NCBI RefSeq assembly: GCF_001949145.1
Contig: NW_019091478.1
Coordinates: 802,408 to 833,379 of the forward strand
Source: Acanthaster planci
Lineage: Eukaryota
Direction of reading: 5' to 3'
Length of the DNA: 30,972 nucleotides
Below, piece after piece: positions 1 through 11,360 of the stretch. A program made the translations under genes and the position numbers. The notes below the pieces were generated by a model. That model did not search any database. It was not told the origin of the DNA and saw nothing but the letters and a program-made list of their open reading frames with translations. Positions within the stretch are counted from its first letter, which is position 1. Every line of letters begins with the position of its first letter.

Positions 1-397
1 GCATTTTGCTTGAGCCCTTTAACATCACGTACGTGCAGCACATGTACACCTGTTCAGTAGTATTGTTTGTGCAAGTCATTTCCATACATTTCCTAAACAA
101 AAATGCGAATGTGGCGGGCGGGAAAAGGCATACCGATTTCAATAATGGGATTGAATTACCGACTTTGCTTTTAAAAAAATATCTCATTTTCTTGGGATGG
201 TGCTGGGAGATATTCCTGAAGATTTTCCACGTAGCTTCTCGTATGAACGGGCTTTATCCAATGTTTTCAACAATTCAATCGATATGTAATTAACATACAG
301 CATGTCTTTTAGTTAAATTTAGTTGTATCCCACATGTTCGATTGGTTAACAAAAATGACCGGAAAAGACCTGTTTTCCTTCGATATGTTGTTGCCAG

Positions 398-516
398 GTT
401 AGTAGATTTCCTCGGCGGTCGCATGAAGTTGATTCTTCTCGTGATGATGATTGGGTCGGTAGGCAGTTGTGTTTGGTGTGTCTTGCTATCCATGCAGTAC
501 GTCGCGTTCAATTTAC
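398..516 (+). CDS. MFS transporter (SLC49/FLVCR-like), partial gene A, exon n-2; encodes (R)LVDFLGGRMKLILLVMMIGSVGSCVWCVLLSMQYVAFNL
   Basis: A CAG acceptor at 395-397 follows a pyrimidine tract, and a consensus GTAAGT donor sits at 517-522. The frame matches track ORF 342..692. The peptide is a transmembrane helix resembling FLVCR1 ...[30 protein letters not shown]. It is 119 nt long with the same intron phases as - strand exon 6283-6401. Confidence 0.7.
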
Positions 517-1124
517 GTAAGTGCACGGCTTGTGTCCCGCCCATACTTCCAAAATCTCATCCTTCAAGTTTAATGAAGAGTTTGCAAGGCTACCATCTGG
601 CAGGCCAACGCTTTTGTTCCATAGGATATGCACAAAGCAGGCCTCCTTGTGAAACAAAAGAACTACTCTGCGAGATGGCTACCACAAGGTAGCGCTACAT
701 GTAGGTCTACGACACAGTTGACCGATAACGTCATGAACGTACAAAGTGTCCTTTCTCTATGATACAACATGTTTATAAATGGCTACGAAGTTGTATAGTA
801 CGTGATAATCAGGACAAAAGTTTCAGGAAGATTAGTGCTTATGTAAAACCGCTTTTCCTGGCCAGTGGCGTAGCTAGATAGGATTTTACTACAGGGGCAC
901 AAAGGGGGCGCGGCACCACCATCTTACGCGGCCACCAGCTTTCAGTGGGGTGGTGTTTGGGTTTCACGTTTCCGTCAAGGAAATTTATTAAATGTGTATT
1001 GATGCATGGTTTTCACGTTTCCGGGTGGACAGAATTCTGAAAAAAAGTCTTTGGGGAAATTGACCGATTTATAGATGCTGGTGACCGTTGGTTTACTTTG
1101 GATTATTTTTTTGCCATTGCGTAG

Positions 1125-1307
1125 CGAGTTTGTACATCTCCTGTATCATCATTGGCTTCTTCGTGAATGCCTCCATCCCCATCTATTTTGAAGTCACTGT
1201 GGAGGGCATGTATCCCGTCTCGGAGGGGACCATAACGATGATCATGACGTGGCTCAACAACGCAGTGGTGCTGGTCTTCTTGCTGTTGCCACAGATAAAA
1301 GGCATAG
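1125..1307 (+). CDS. MFS transporter (SLC49/FLVCR-like), gene A, penultimate coding exon; (P)SLYISCIIIGFFVNASIPIYFEVTVEGMYPVSEGTITMIMTWLNNAVVLVFLLLPQIKGI(G)
   Basis: A TAG acceptor sits at 1122-1124 and a GTAAGA donor at 1308. The motif FEVTVEGMYPVSEG matches the FLVCR1 C-terminal helix motif [15 protein letters not shown]. Phase-1 entry fits the upstream donor. It is 183 nt, the same length as the paralogous - exon 5702-5884. Confidence 0.75.
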
Positions 1308-2122
1308 GTAAGAATTCAGATGACGATGAAACACTGCAAAATCGTTGGTGTAAATTAAACACCAGCAGGATCCATATGGGAAGGCACCAGACGTTTTGGT
1401 CGCGTACGTTAATTTGATACCAGTTCACAACCAAAGTGTCTTAAGTGATACGACTTGGGGCACAAGGTGCAGAGCTACCAGATGGAAATTTCGGGGAAAT
1501 AGTATACAAAAATTTGCTTTATTCCATTCCACTCATTCCATGAGTCTCACAGCCATTCACAACAGTTGTGCCTGTTCCCTGGGCTATGAGATCACTTTTC
1601 TGCAACAGCTCGAGAACAGTGCATGGCTTTTCGCTTGCCTCCTGGGAGAGAATAATTGTAGTCAAGTGTCCTACCTAGGGAACTGAAGCGCCGTGCGGGA
1701 ACCCTTGGGGTTCTAAGGCCTGCTTCAACCGTCGAACTGTTGCCGTGTGTAATTCAGTTTGCGCCGTTATCTGAGCCAGACACGGCAGAAGTTCGACTTT
1801 TAACTTAAAAGTTTTAAGCGGGCCTAACTCACATATCGTTCCGCGTGAGTTGAACACCAGAACCAAGTAGGCCATGCGTGCACGCTGGTATATTCTGTCA
1901 CTGCGGTGTTATGCTTGACTTCTGTACAGAACCCTAGTAATTAATTAACGAACAATATTTCACTGAACATTCATTTTTTGTGTGTAAAATTTGTGGCAAC
2001 TGTTTGACTTTGAATAATTGAAGATTTCTCCATCTTCAAGAGAGAAAGCTGGAGTCATATAACTCGGGCTAAGCAGGCGTAACTGATTCATGCTTGGCTG
2101 GTTTATGTTTCTGTTGTTCTAG

Positions 2123-2235
2123 GAGTGACGTGGATGAATTGGGTATTCCTTGGATCGGTGGTATTCTGTGTCCCACTACTCCTGATGTACAAAGAGCGTT
2201 ATAAACGGCTGAATCTCGACACCAAAGATGAATAA
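2123..2235 (+). CDS. MFS transporter gene A, terminal coding exon; (G)VTWMNWVFLGSVVFCVPLLLMYKERYKRLNLDTKDE*
   Basis: A TAG acceptor at 2120-2122 follows the pyrimidine tract tttctgttgttc. Entering with two bases completes the Gly codon begun at 1307. The stop codon TAA is at 2233-2235. The peptide is about 65% identical to the last exon of the - strand copy (GVIWMNWLLLGAIAVCIPLLMMYKEHYNRL...). Confidence 0.7.
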
Positions 2236-2236
2236 A
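2231..2236 (+). promoter_or_regulatory. AATAAA hexamer overlapping the stop codon of gene A (candidate polyadenylation signal)
   Basis: AATAAA spans the TAA stop. Many other AATAAA hexamers occur in the AT-rich 3' flank (for example near 2978, 3857, 3950), so the actual polyA site is unknown. Confidence 0.2.
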
Positions 2237-4509
2237 AGCAGATATTTTTAAAGTATGGGTTTAATGATGAAATATCAGTATTGAGCTAAGCTCTCGACGA
2301 TGAGTTTTCATTACTTCCAGTAATAACACCGGCTAAAGTTTAAAAACTTTCTTGTACCCACTTTTGGAAGAAGTGGGATGCATTGGGTTCTGAAAAGAAC
2401 CGGGCTTCGTACCGTTAAAAATGTGGGTACAAAAGTTTTCAAGCGCCTTTTTTCTCATGGTGCATCTCATCGCGAGAAACCTTTTACCGGTTACATTGTG
2501 CACATTCACAACTCACTGTTGAACCTTCGATCAATAAGCAGGCATCAGCCCTTTCTTAGAAGTGTTTCAGTAAATTCTGGGTTCACAATTTGAACAGAAA
2601 AAACCTATGCTCTGAACCATGTCTTCCTTAGATGACGCAATGGCAACAGCGCCCTCAGTTGTTTAGGAAAGCATGGATAATTTTACAATTTTTAAAAAGT
2701 GCATTTTTCAGTGCATTTAACCAAATAGGAATGTTAAGAGTTCTCACATATTGAAGAAGAGTACAAAGTTGCAGAAAAATTGTGTCTAAGAAATTTTCAT
2801 TGCAACTATAAAGTTATAAAATAAGAGATGAAAGATTCACATTATGCCACCAAAGGACTCTACTTGCTAACTTCTCTCAAAACGGTCTCACAAGTAGGTG
2901 TCGAGTGAGGTTTTGGCTGGGCATGGCATGTTTCTGAAATAATTTCCAACCTCATCAAATTTTGCCGCTTATTGCTAAATAAAAATGTCCCCCTAGACTT
3001 TACTTTTTGGGGGTCTTGTCTGAAGATGAGTTCTGCTTCTTTCTACAAGCAAACATGCAGGAAATTTTCTTTCATGACTCATAACGAGCAGATAAGGAAA
3101 GTAATTTGTAAAATGGAAATGTGAAACTTGGCTTGAAATTACAATCGTTTTAGTTTCACTTTTGAACACGGTATATAACTAAGTGTAGTGAAGGAAGTGT
3201 TGTAATTATACGAGTCTTTTAAGATGACTCTCAGCATTAAAACTGCCGGGCGCCCTCAAAACATGTTAACTGTGACATCTTGAATATAACACACTTCAGT
3301 TGGATTACGTTGCTTGTTTTAACATATTTTTTTCCGATAATTAAAAATCAAGAGTTTCGTATCAACTCTTTGTCTCCCTTAAAGTGCAAACTCACCTTTC
3401 ATCTTCAAAGAGTATTCCATGTCTTTACTTAGAATGTACGGACAAGTTGATATTGTACACTAAAGCAAAAAAAGACGCGGCAGTGTTTTCTCGAGAAAGA
3501 AATGTATTGCAATTTAATTCATGTTTTTTTTTAAGTTTGACAATATAAAGATCACATCTTCTCTCCACAGACCCATTAAAGATAAAAACATATTCGAAAG
3601 ACAGCCGATCAATGTATTAATAGATATATACCAGTGATAATCAAACGTGTGTCAAACCTGAATTGAAAACTGAATCACACAGAAATCCTTTAGTAGGGAA
3701 TCGATTGCAATGGCGACGTAAAGATACAAAAAACACGTAGAATATTTGTTTATATGTATATGGAGAGTATTTGAATGACACGAAACGCCCGGATTTCACA
3801 CTGCGGAAATTGCAGAAACTGCTTTAAAGGTCTTGGAAGCCACTTGGAAGCTTAAGAATAAACCAGGTATATGGTTATATTTCTCTACTTAATGGTTCAT
3901 TTTTATTTCCTTGAAAATCGATATTAGCACCGTACTAATCCCTGCTTCAATAAAACGATACATTTTGGGCAACCTTAGAATAAACTACGTAATTTTAGTG
4001 AGGTCTGCGTGAAATCTGCCTACGCCATTGTTGTGATGGAGGCAATGTTTTATTAACCAATTAAAATAATGAAGAAAGTCACGTGAATCAAAGTGACTGG
4101 CCACCATGTGAGTGGGTAACAAGCGACCGATTGGCAAGTCACCGATAGGAATAAAGGAGTAGATACCCAAGGTAACGTTACGATCCACCGTACTTATACT
4201 ATGTGGTCTTGCGAATGGTCAAATAGGATTGGCGTGGGGCGCCACAGGCGGGCAACGGGCTTAACAACAATGCTTTTATAATTATATAAAATCATTATGC
4301 CATTATTCTTGGAATTCTTACAATTCTGTGGAACGTGCAAAGATTAAAGAAATACAAAAGAAAAGAAAACAAAAAAGTCAGGTTTACTGAACCTAGGCGG
4401 AAGAAATCGAATTTTCTGTCCCTTGTGGTGGCAGAAAAACAAGAGACAAGAGGCATAATTCATTCTGGTGAAGAAACTCGTTAAATGCAACAGCAACTTT
4501 AACTCAACC

Positions 4510-4600
4510 CACTTGTGGTGTCGGGCGAGATTCGAACCAGAGCTGGCAAACCGTAAGGCGACTCTACCAGCAAAGTGAAACATGGTTGAGCCTGAAAGCT
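4510..4600 (-). mobile_element. tRNA-derived SINE-like fragment or tRNA pseudogene (A-box TGGTAGAGT, B-box GGTTCGAATCTC) in the intergenic region between the convergent MFS genes
   Basis: The - strand reads ...tttgcTGGTAGAGtcgccttacggtttgccagctctGGTTCGAATCtcgcccgacacca. Pol III A and B boxes sit about 30 nt apart, but no acceptor or T stems can be paired. Confidence 0.35.
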
Positions 4601-5214
4601 TTAACAGCCGCTCTACTCTCATTAGCAGATTCATGTCAACAGTGACTAGTGAGATGATGGCAAGATTTCAACGACTAAAAACCGCCACTAATGCTGAATA
4701 CATTGAAAGTCCGTTAACAAAAACATAAGCCTCGGGTTACTTAGAATTACTCTACATTTGCACATTTGTAACTAAACAAGTACCAAAATATCAGAAAAGT
4801 GCACCCAAATTACTGTCCAAAAGGCAATTTCTGTCCCCTGTCAAAGTGTCCTTGGAACGAAGCAACTTTTAGAATGTACAATGTTCTTAAAAAAAGGGGG
4901 TTGTAAGTGCTACAGGTTGCCCTTTAGCCAATCAGTGTAGCCAGTTATGGGAGGAGTGGAGAAGGCATCAAGGAGTAAAGTGGCTTGCTCAGGGACACAA
5001 CATGATTCAAACCTGAATTCAAACCTTATTGGGAGCCACAAGCTCAAACCAACAGGTCACACTGTCCTGAATACTGAAAGTGAACCAGTTTATACAGTCA
5101 ATAAACAAACTCTCTCAGTACTGCTTAGAAGGAAGTAAAATATCAAAACCACCGCTGCAAATAAGACTTTGAAAGCACAAGGCCACACTATTTGGAAGAC
5201 TACAACACTTTTCA

Positions 5215-5339
5215 TCAGTTTTGTATGCTGCTTTCCATCTTGTCTTCGTCTAAGCGATTGTAGTGTTCCTTATACATCATAAGAAGAGGTATGCACACGG
5301 CAATTGCACCAAGAAGAAGCCAGTTCATCCAAATCACAC
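5215..5339 (-). CDS. MFS gene B terminal coding exon; (G)VIWMNWLLLGAIAVCIPLLMMYKEHYNRLDEDKMESSIQN*
   Basis: The acceptor ccttatag|gt sits at 5341-5340. The stop codon TGA is at 5217-5215. It parallels + exon 2123-2235. Confidence 0.7.
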
Positions 5340-5701
5340 CTATAAGGCACAAAACGGTCACCGTTAATGAATATGCCCGGTGCTTTACATTACATTGACT
5401 ATTGAATATTGTAACCCTGCATGGAGAATTTTGTCAGACACATTGTACTCATTTTATTTTACTTTCCCTACATGGACCATCGATGGGCCATCGGTTTGTC
5501 TGTCACCCACGGATAAAGACTGGTTTATATATGGCGCGTAAGCCTACAACCCCGCAAAAGTCAGACTTCAAATCAAATCAAATATTCATGCATGATTTCT
5601 CATCGTCTTGAGATTTAAATAGATAACAGGAATAAACTGAAGACCTATTTAAACACTCACTTCCTGACTGCTGTCATCATCGATATTTTAGGTTAACGTA
5701 C

Positions 5702-5884
5702 CTATGTTTGGAATAAGCGGCAAGGCCAGGAATATGAGCGCGGCCACATTGTTGAGGTATGTCAGCACCATGGTTGTGTTACCCTCAGAGACAGGGTACA
5801 TGCCCTCCACTGTTATCTCGAAGAAAATAGGGGGTGAGGCATTGACGCAAACACCAATGATGATACAGGTGATGTACACACTCA
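5702..5884 (-). CDS. MFS gene B exon 9; SVYITCIIIGVCVNASPPIFFEITVEGMYPVSEGNTTMVLTYLNNVAALIFLALPLIPNI(G)
   Basis: The acceptor tatacag|tg sits at 5886-5885 and the GTACGT donor at 5701. The motif FEITVEGMYPVSEG matches the FLVCR-type motif. It is 183 nt, identical in length and phase to + exon 1125-1307. The frame equals track ORF 5688..6011. Confidence 0.75.
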
Positions 5885-6282
5885 CTGTATACAGGATAAT
5901 GCCAACAAGCCAACAAATGAAACACCGGGAATACTTGTTGCTATGACTTGAGAGGGTGGTCAATTCTCTTCTAGAGGCGGAAATAAATTTAATTTGGGGA
6001 GCCTGTGCCAAGTGTATGTTTTATTCCTGCAAAGAATATTTCACGTGCACATCTGGAACCCTCAAAGTGTTTCCGAAATCTACAGATTTCATTCAATCAG
6101 TGTCTTCAGAGCTTTGCAAATTGCTCAGGTAATTTCAGACCAGGAATAATTTTTGGCCATACATCGTTGAACAAAGAGCTGTAAATCATGCGAACAGCAT
6201 CACCATGGAACGCTGGAATTGCTTGCACAAATGAAATAATAGCAGCACAGACTTCGTTTTTGAGGTGTCCTCCATGACTTAC

Positions 6283-6401
6283 TTAAACTATAAGGGATGT
6301 ATCTCATTGACAGTAAGACACACCAAACACAACCAATGAAAGCTCCGGCAGTAAGCAATATCAGTACCGCCTTCATCCGGCCCCCAAGAAGGTCCACAAG
6401 T
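6283..6401 (-). CDS. MFS gene B exon 8; (R)LVDLLGGRMKAVLILLTAGAFIGCVWCVLLSMRYIPYSL(M)
   Basis: The acceptor ttgcttgccag|a sits at 6403-6402 and a GTAAGT donor at 6282-6277. It matches + strand exon 398-516 in length (119 nt), phase and sequence (about 65% amino-acid identity). The frame equals track ORF 6200..6466. Confidence 0.7.
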
Positions 6402-7034
6402 CTGGCAAGCAAAAGAAAAACATCATAATAGATTTGAGTTTGTTTTTTTAAAAATCCCCTCTTCAACCTTTTCGATACGGTTTACAGTTACAAGCTGGTG
6501 TACTTGGTTACTCAGAATTGTTAAATATATGTTATGGCTAAATTTAATTAATTGTGCTCGCATTTACATAACATCTCAATGTATATTGTTTTATGTAAAA
6601 CTGGACTCTTAACATGCAGTTGGCAAAGACAACTTTTTGGTTAATCATTAACTAGTTCAAGTCAAGTTAAACAAAGAAACAATGAATAAATGAAAGCGAA
6701 AATACATATTTGCCGAACCAATTTCAAATGGAAGCCCTGAAGGTGTGGGGGCAATAGAAGAAATCTTTTGAAACATTTGGGACTTAAAGGAATCGCAGTT
6801 CCGGACAATGAAAGTTCTAAATTCAATTGGCTGAGGCACGCTCCAGCATATCAATTACTGGTGTCTGGTGATATTTGGCTAAATGAAACGAAGCTTTGAA
6901 AGGAAAAGATGACTGTTCAGCAAAAAATGGGGTCACATGCTCAGCAGTATTGCCAGCTGGATACTTAAGGGCACTGGAGCATTGATTCTATTTCTATAGT
7001 GACTCCATAATTTTTCATTTGCCCCAAAACACAC

Positions 7035-7102
7035 CTTGCGATCACCAAGCCTGCCAACATTCCTGCAATATTGGAGATGAATCCAATCCAGCCAACAGTG
7101 TC
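7035..7102 (-). CDS. MFS gene B exon 7; DTVGWIGFISNIAGMLAGLVIA(R)
   Basis: The acceptor tttcag|g sits at 7104-7103 and the GTGTGT donor at 7034. IAGMLAGLVIAR followed by LVDLLGGRMK in the next exon aligns to FLVCR1 [18 protein letters not shown]. The phases are 0 in and 2 out, consistent with both neighbouring exons. Confidence 0.6.
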
Positions 7103-8235
7103 CTGAAATGGAAATGAAATTACAGTCAATTGAGTTTTTCTTCTTGAAGCAGATTGCGTTCAGTTCCCCCCCCCCATGCCTTGTCCAATGACAAATAGAT
7201 TAAAACCGTGGGGTGTACAGAAGTAGAGTTGAGGTAGACAAACAGGGAATTATGCAGGTACGGTACCACGTATCGATGTGCACAACACATCCATCCTTAG
7301 AAATAGACTCACAGGCGCTCATCACAAAATGCGAATAGTTATTATCACATTAAAATGTGGCTGCGATTCATGTTTCGTCAAACAATTTTTTCAGCAATCT
7401 TACACTCTTCTTCAATGTAAGGAAACTATTTTGGCATTCAATATTAGGTTAAATGCATTGAAGAGTGCGCCTTTTAAAAACATTACAAAACACACAAACA
7501 CCAATTTTGCTTTCCTGGACAACTGAGGGCGCCAGGCTGTGATGTCATCCAGAGAAGGAGTTACCATTTCAGTGCATAGATTTTTGAGCTCAAATTGTGA
7601 ACCTACAATTTACTCACTGAAGACATATCTGAGAAAGAGCTGTTTGCTTGCTTACTACTTGTACTTACACAACAATGAATCATCAAAGAAAAGAAACTTA
7701 AGGTTTAGGCTTGTATTAAAAAGAACTTTCCACTGCTGCCACCTAAATGTAGAGATTAATTAATTGAAGATTGTCAAGTGCATGCACAGAAAAACAAAAG
7801 GTTGAAAGGGTAGCAATAATCATTTTTGGCTGCAGGTCGTTCGAAAGAATGGCTAGAAGCGATGTCAGTCTACACTACAAAAATTCTGGTTTTATCAGAG
7901 GACCATTCCAACCTGTTTCACCGGTGTTAACATAGTTGGAGCTTTTTAAAACAGTTGGTGTTACTTTTAACACCCTCCAGTGCACTGTAACACTTGAAGG
8001 TGTATACGTAACACCAGCAGTATGAAAGTAACACTTTTTGGTGTGGTCATCTGACAACACCAAAATGTGTTGTTTCTAACACCAGAGTTTTTTCAGTGTA
8101 TGTGTATTGCCACATTACAATGACAAATTGTTATTTTTTTTTTGAGCTACAAGTCAATAAAAAATGTCATTGTTCAAGCCAGACATGCTTGAGCATCTTC
8201 CTTCCAAAAGATTACATTATTGGCTTATTTATTAC

Positions 8236-8347
8236 CTGGCCTATATCGAGAGTAGTTTTAAAAATTGTGTCTTGTTGTGTGCTCCAGCCACCATACACCC
8301 CACTAGATATGCTATAAGCTGCTGCAGTAATCCAAAACTGGGCACTC
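8236..8347 (-). CDS. MFS gene B exon 6; (K)SAQFWITAAAYSISSGVYGGWSTQQDTIFKTTLDIGQ
   Basis: The acceptor tatacag|g sits at 8349-8348 and the GTAATA donor at 8235. It resembles FLVCR1 [27 protein letters not shown]. The frame equals track ORF 8212..8421. Confidence 0.6.
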
Positions 8348-8940
8348 CTGTATACCAAAATAAAAGCTGAGTGTAATTCTACTGACAAGAGGTTGCAGGG
8401 CCAGGCATGCTGTTCGTCCATTTCATGAGGCAGGGTACGACAAACAGGTCAGCCATCTTAGCTCACAATTGGGGGATCGCTGGTTCAGCCTGAGTGCTAT
8501 GTTTATGAGAGAGACAGATCTGATGAGTTACGGTCGGTTTGGGCGACGCAGTATAGGCTCTAGATTTTACATCAATCAAGTGGTGGTTGCGACTGATCAA
8601 TCTTCAATCTGCACAATCAATTGAGAACTCCCAGGACTTGGTTGTTCTATTCAAATTTTAAAAATTGTCAACAACCCCGGATTTAATGGAATAAAACACG
8701 ACCGGCTTCTGGCAGACAGACTGACCCAAACGTGCGCAACATTATTACTGTAGTTTTAAGACACAATATGATAGTCCAAGGCATTTATGAAGTCACTTAG
8801 TCTTGTTTGCTTGCATTTCGACACTTCCCTGCATCAACCGTGAAGTCAGGTTAAATTCTACATATATTCTGACAGCTGTCATTTCAATCACAAATCTGTT
8901 CACGCATCTTTCGAAATCCTGCCCTTTTCGCCAGACTAAC

Positions 8941-9111
8941 TTGATCATCTTCAGGGCCCCATCTTTGAAGCTGTCCCTGGGTCTCGTGGCGGACAGGCTC
9001 GGTGAAGTCGGCGGCTTCTCCGGAAAGTACAGGAGCGTTGCTACGACTACAACGGCTGTAACTCCGCATTCTGAGAAACAAACATGCATTGCATAGATTG
9101 GCAAACCCTTA
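8941..9111 (-). CDS. MFS gene B exon 5; (S)KGLPIYAMHVCFSECGVTAVVVVATLLYFPEKPPTSPSLSATRPRDSFKDGALKMI(K)
   Basis: The acceptor AG at 9113-9112 is chosen so that one-base entry matches the upstream phase-2 donor. This gives ATLLYFPEKPPTSP, matching FLVCR1 GGVATLLLILVIIVFKEKPKYPPS. The exit must be phase 2 with AA|G completing Lys. That forces an unusual donor, GTTAGT, at 8940-8935. Confidence 0.5.
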
Positions 9112-9719
9112 CTTCACATTTGCATATAACTAGAAAACATGGTCCTTCTCTCTACATCTAGGCAAACCTATATGCACCAGTATAATGTAGACTCATACAT
9201 ACCGTACCTATATACATTAACCCCATTATTTCACTGAAAGAACGAGTCCGCTCATCCGGATCGAGAGGTTCAGTGCTGAAATAAATCATATAATGCAAAT
9301 TTTGCTAATTGAGTTCTTTTTGTTTCAATGTTGAGAATCAAAAGACGCAGAGACTGAAAACATTATGTGAATAAAAAGTGGGTGACGTGCTTTCTGTTAA
9401 ATGTTACACGCAAAAAAAGGAAAAAACGCATGTAAAAATGCATTGATTAAAATACTCTACGGCATTTTAGATATTCTTATTGGTCGAGAGCCCGTGAAGT
9501 GGCTGGTCTTAAACAATGATTTTTACCAAATTAAAACAAACAAAATGAAAAAATTTACTGCAAAGAATATTAAAATGAAAACTTTGAGCAAGTTTCTCCA
9601 ACCCTTGTGTTAAAAAACCTCATTGTGAAAACCTGTTCAACCAATTGGGAAAACATTGCTCTTAAAAAGCAGAAGGAATTGAAAGGCCACATTCACAAAG
9701 AAGAAAAAGCAGTTTTTAC

Positions 9720-9920
9720 CTTGAATTTTGTGGAATACTTGTTACGATCAATGGTCCGACCAGGAAGGACGCGGACATGCCAAGAAATGCTGCAGTAGTC
9801 GAAATAGCCGTGGATGTAGTCCGCTGGTGAGGCGGGAACCAGACGGCTGACACTTCAGTCGGGGCCGACATCATGACTGGGCCAGCAATGCCAATACAAA
9901 CATGGCCAGCATTCATTGTC
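9720..9920 (-). CDS. MFS gene B exon 4; (W)TMNAGHVCIGIAGPVMMSAPTEVSAVWFPPHQRTTSTAISTTAAFLGMSASFLVGPLIVTSIPQNS(S)
   Basis: The acceptor ttattgtag|g sits at 9922-9921 and the GTAAAA donor at 9719. It aligns strongly to FLVCR1 [39 protein letters not shown]. The frame equals track ORF 9716..9916. Confidence 0.7.
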
Positions 9921-10930
9921 CTACAATAACCCCCAAATACACGTACCTCGTTAAAGATAAGGGTGATGGTAAAATTTCAGTATGCACATTTTCAAACTGG
10001 TGTACATGTAAGACATTATATACAAACTTCAAGATTATTTAAACAAATATAATGCATTGTTGTTCCTTTGTGGCATTTATTCAAATCCACCCTAATGCAA
10101 CTTCTAGTTTAATACGTGATTTACAATTGTCTTTGTTTCTAACAATATTGTAAATTTAAATCACATTCCTCTCTTAACCTAATCTAAAATGCACATACAT
10201 GTACATGTGTACCATGATACATGTATGTTTTCCCGTGGCCATTTTTCAGTATATATATTCATTCGAATTCACAGATTTATATTTTCAAATTTCTTCAACC
10301 TGAGTTGATTTTGTGCAGTTGCAATGTTAACTATTTCTGGTCCAAACTTATGTTGGGTTTAAGATGGGCAGACAGTTTCAGTGAGGAGTGTTTTAGTCTC
10401 GCTTTCCTTTTGAAAACACGCTACTTTCATTCTACATGAATGAATGTACATTCATTCTACATTCAGATCACAGAATTTTGTTCCATGCATCAGCTGTCGT
10501 CTTCCCTGTTGCCGGTGCTCTTGTTTGTTTTAAATCTAAGATGATTTTATGTTTTAGGGTATTGTCAATATTTTCACTTACAGTGTTCTTGACATGCTTG
10601 AGAACTCAGGAACATGCTTAATTACGCACAAGACTAATTCATTAAAGAAAGCGTACCCAAGTGACTGATACAATTTGAATTTGATCTCTGAATGTTGTCA
10701 TTCGGTCACAATATAGACAACTTTCATTTGAAATGACAAAGTTTCTAGACACATGGTGTTCATAATGACCAAGCTTTGAAAATGATGGTTAATGAAACTG
10801 GGTTTTTCAAATACATGTACCGTACATGTAGCCCGTGAATTCATTTTATGCAAGAATTAATGAATAATGTTTCAAAATAGTCGGGAAAACTTATGGTTTA
10901 TACACTGCTCTGGGGTCAATTTCATAGAGC

Positions 10931-11161
10931 TGCTTAAGCACAGAATTTGCTTAAGTGTGAAAAAACCTTGCTTGACAAATCAGGTTACTAGCCAAAACTC
11001 CATGTGAAGTACATGTACATTGCTTTGGAATGGTATTCACCTGTCTTTTGGTTAGCCTAACAATCACATAGATTTTGAGCTCATAACCTTTCATTTTTAA
11101 GCAAGGTTTTTTTGTGCTTGAAGCCCTGCCTTCAAACATTGAAACAGTGATGGAATTCACC
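10931..11161. mobile_element. MITE-like hairpin element with a 14-bp perfect inverted repeat (AAAAAACCTTGCTT at 10959-10975 and, as reverse complement, 11096-11115) inside a longer imperfect inverted repeat of about 25 bp, plus short direct repeats GG(T/A)ATTCACCT at both ends
   Basis: Found by direct comparison of 10949-10978 with the reverse complement of 11095-11131. It contains the palindrome TGCTTAAGCA. It lies in intron 3 of MFS gene B. Confidence 0.35.
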
Positions 11162-11269
11162 TATAAACTTCTGAAAAAGTTCTGATTTCAATATGATTTT
11201 TAAATACACGGGGGTTAGGGTTAAAGGAACCATGCATAGTCAGTTCTAGGTGATGTGTGTTTCTCTTAC

Positions 11270-11360
11270 CACTTCAAGTTGTCTATACCGACAGGAAGGC
11301 ACCGAATGCCGAGTCCTAAGAGGAAGATTAGGGAACTACACAACACACAGTAACGAAGAC
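11270..11360 (-). CDS. MFS gene B exon 3; (G)LRYCVLCSSLIFLLGLGIRCLPVGIDNLK(W)
   Basis: The acceptor tttacag|gt sits at 11362-11361 and the GTAAGA donor at 11269. It resembles FLVCR1 [24 protein letters not shown]. The exit phase of 2 matches the phase-2 entry of the 9920 exon. No ORF in the track covers it because it is under 60 codons. Confidence 0.6.

Noticed and set aside
6-293. + strand ORF of 95 aa as a possible upstream exon of MFS gene A
   Set aside because: It has no AGML-type transmembrane motif and no donor in the phase needed to join 398. The orthologous exon of the - strand copy lies 634 bp upstream of its neighbour, so the + copy's exon is probably off the window.
4510-4600. Possible functional tRNA gene
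   Set aside because: No acceptor stem or T stem can be paired. It is more likely a SINE or tRNA pseudogene.
5704-5946. + strand ORF of 80 aa opposite MFS exon 9, and likewise 1183..1434 (-) and 26819..27139 (+)
   Set aside because: These are mirror-strand frames of well-supported exons on the other strand, and they have no independent signal.
8455-8500. tRNA-like A-box TAGCTCAcaaTTGG followed by GGTTCAGCC
   Set aside because: The spacing between the boxes is about 15 nt, too short for a tRNA, and the B box is degenerate. It is probably a chance match or a heavily truncated SINE.
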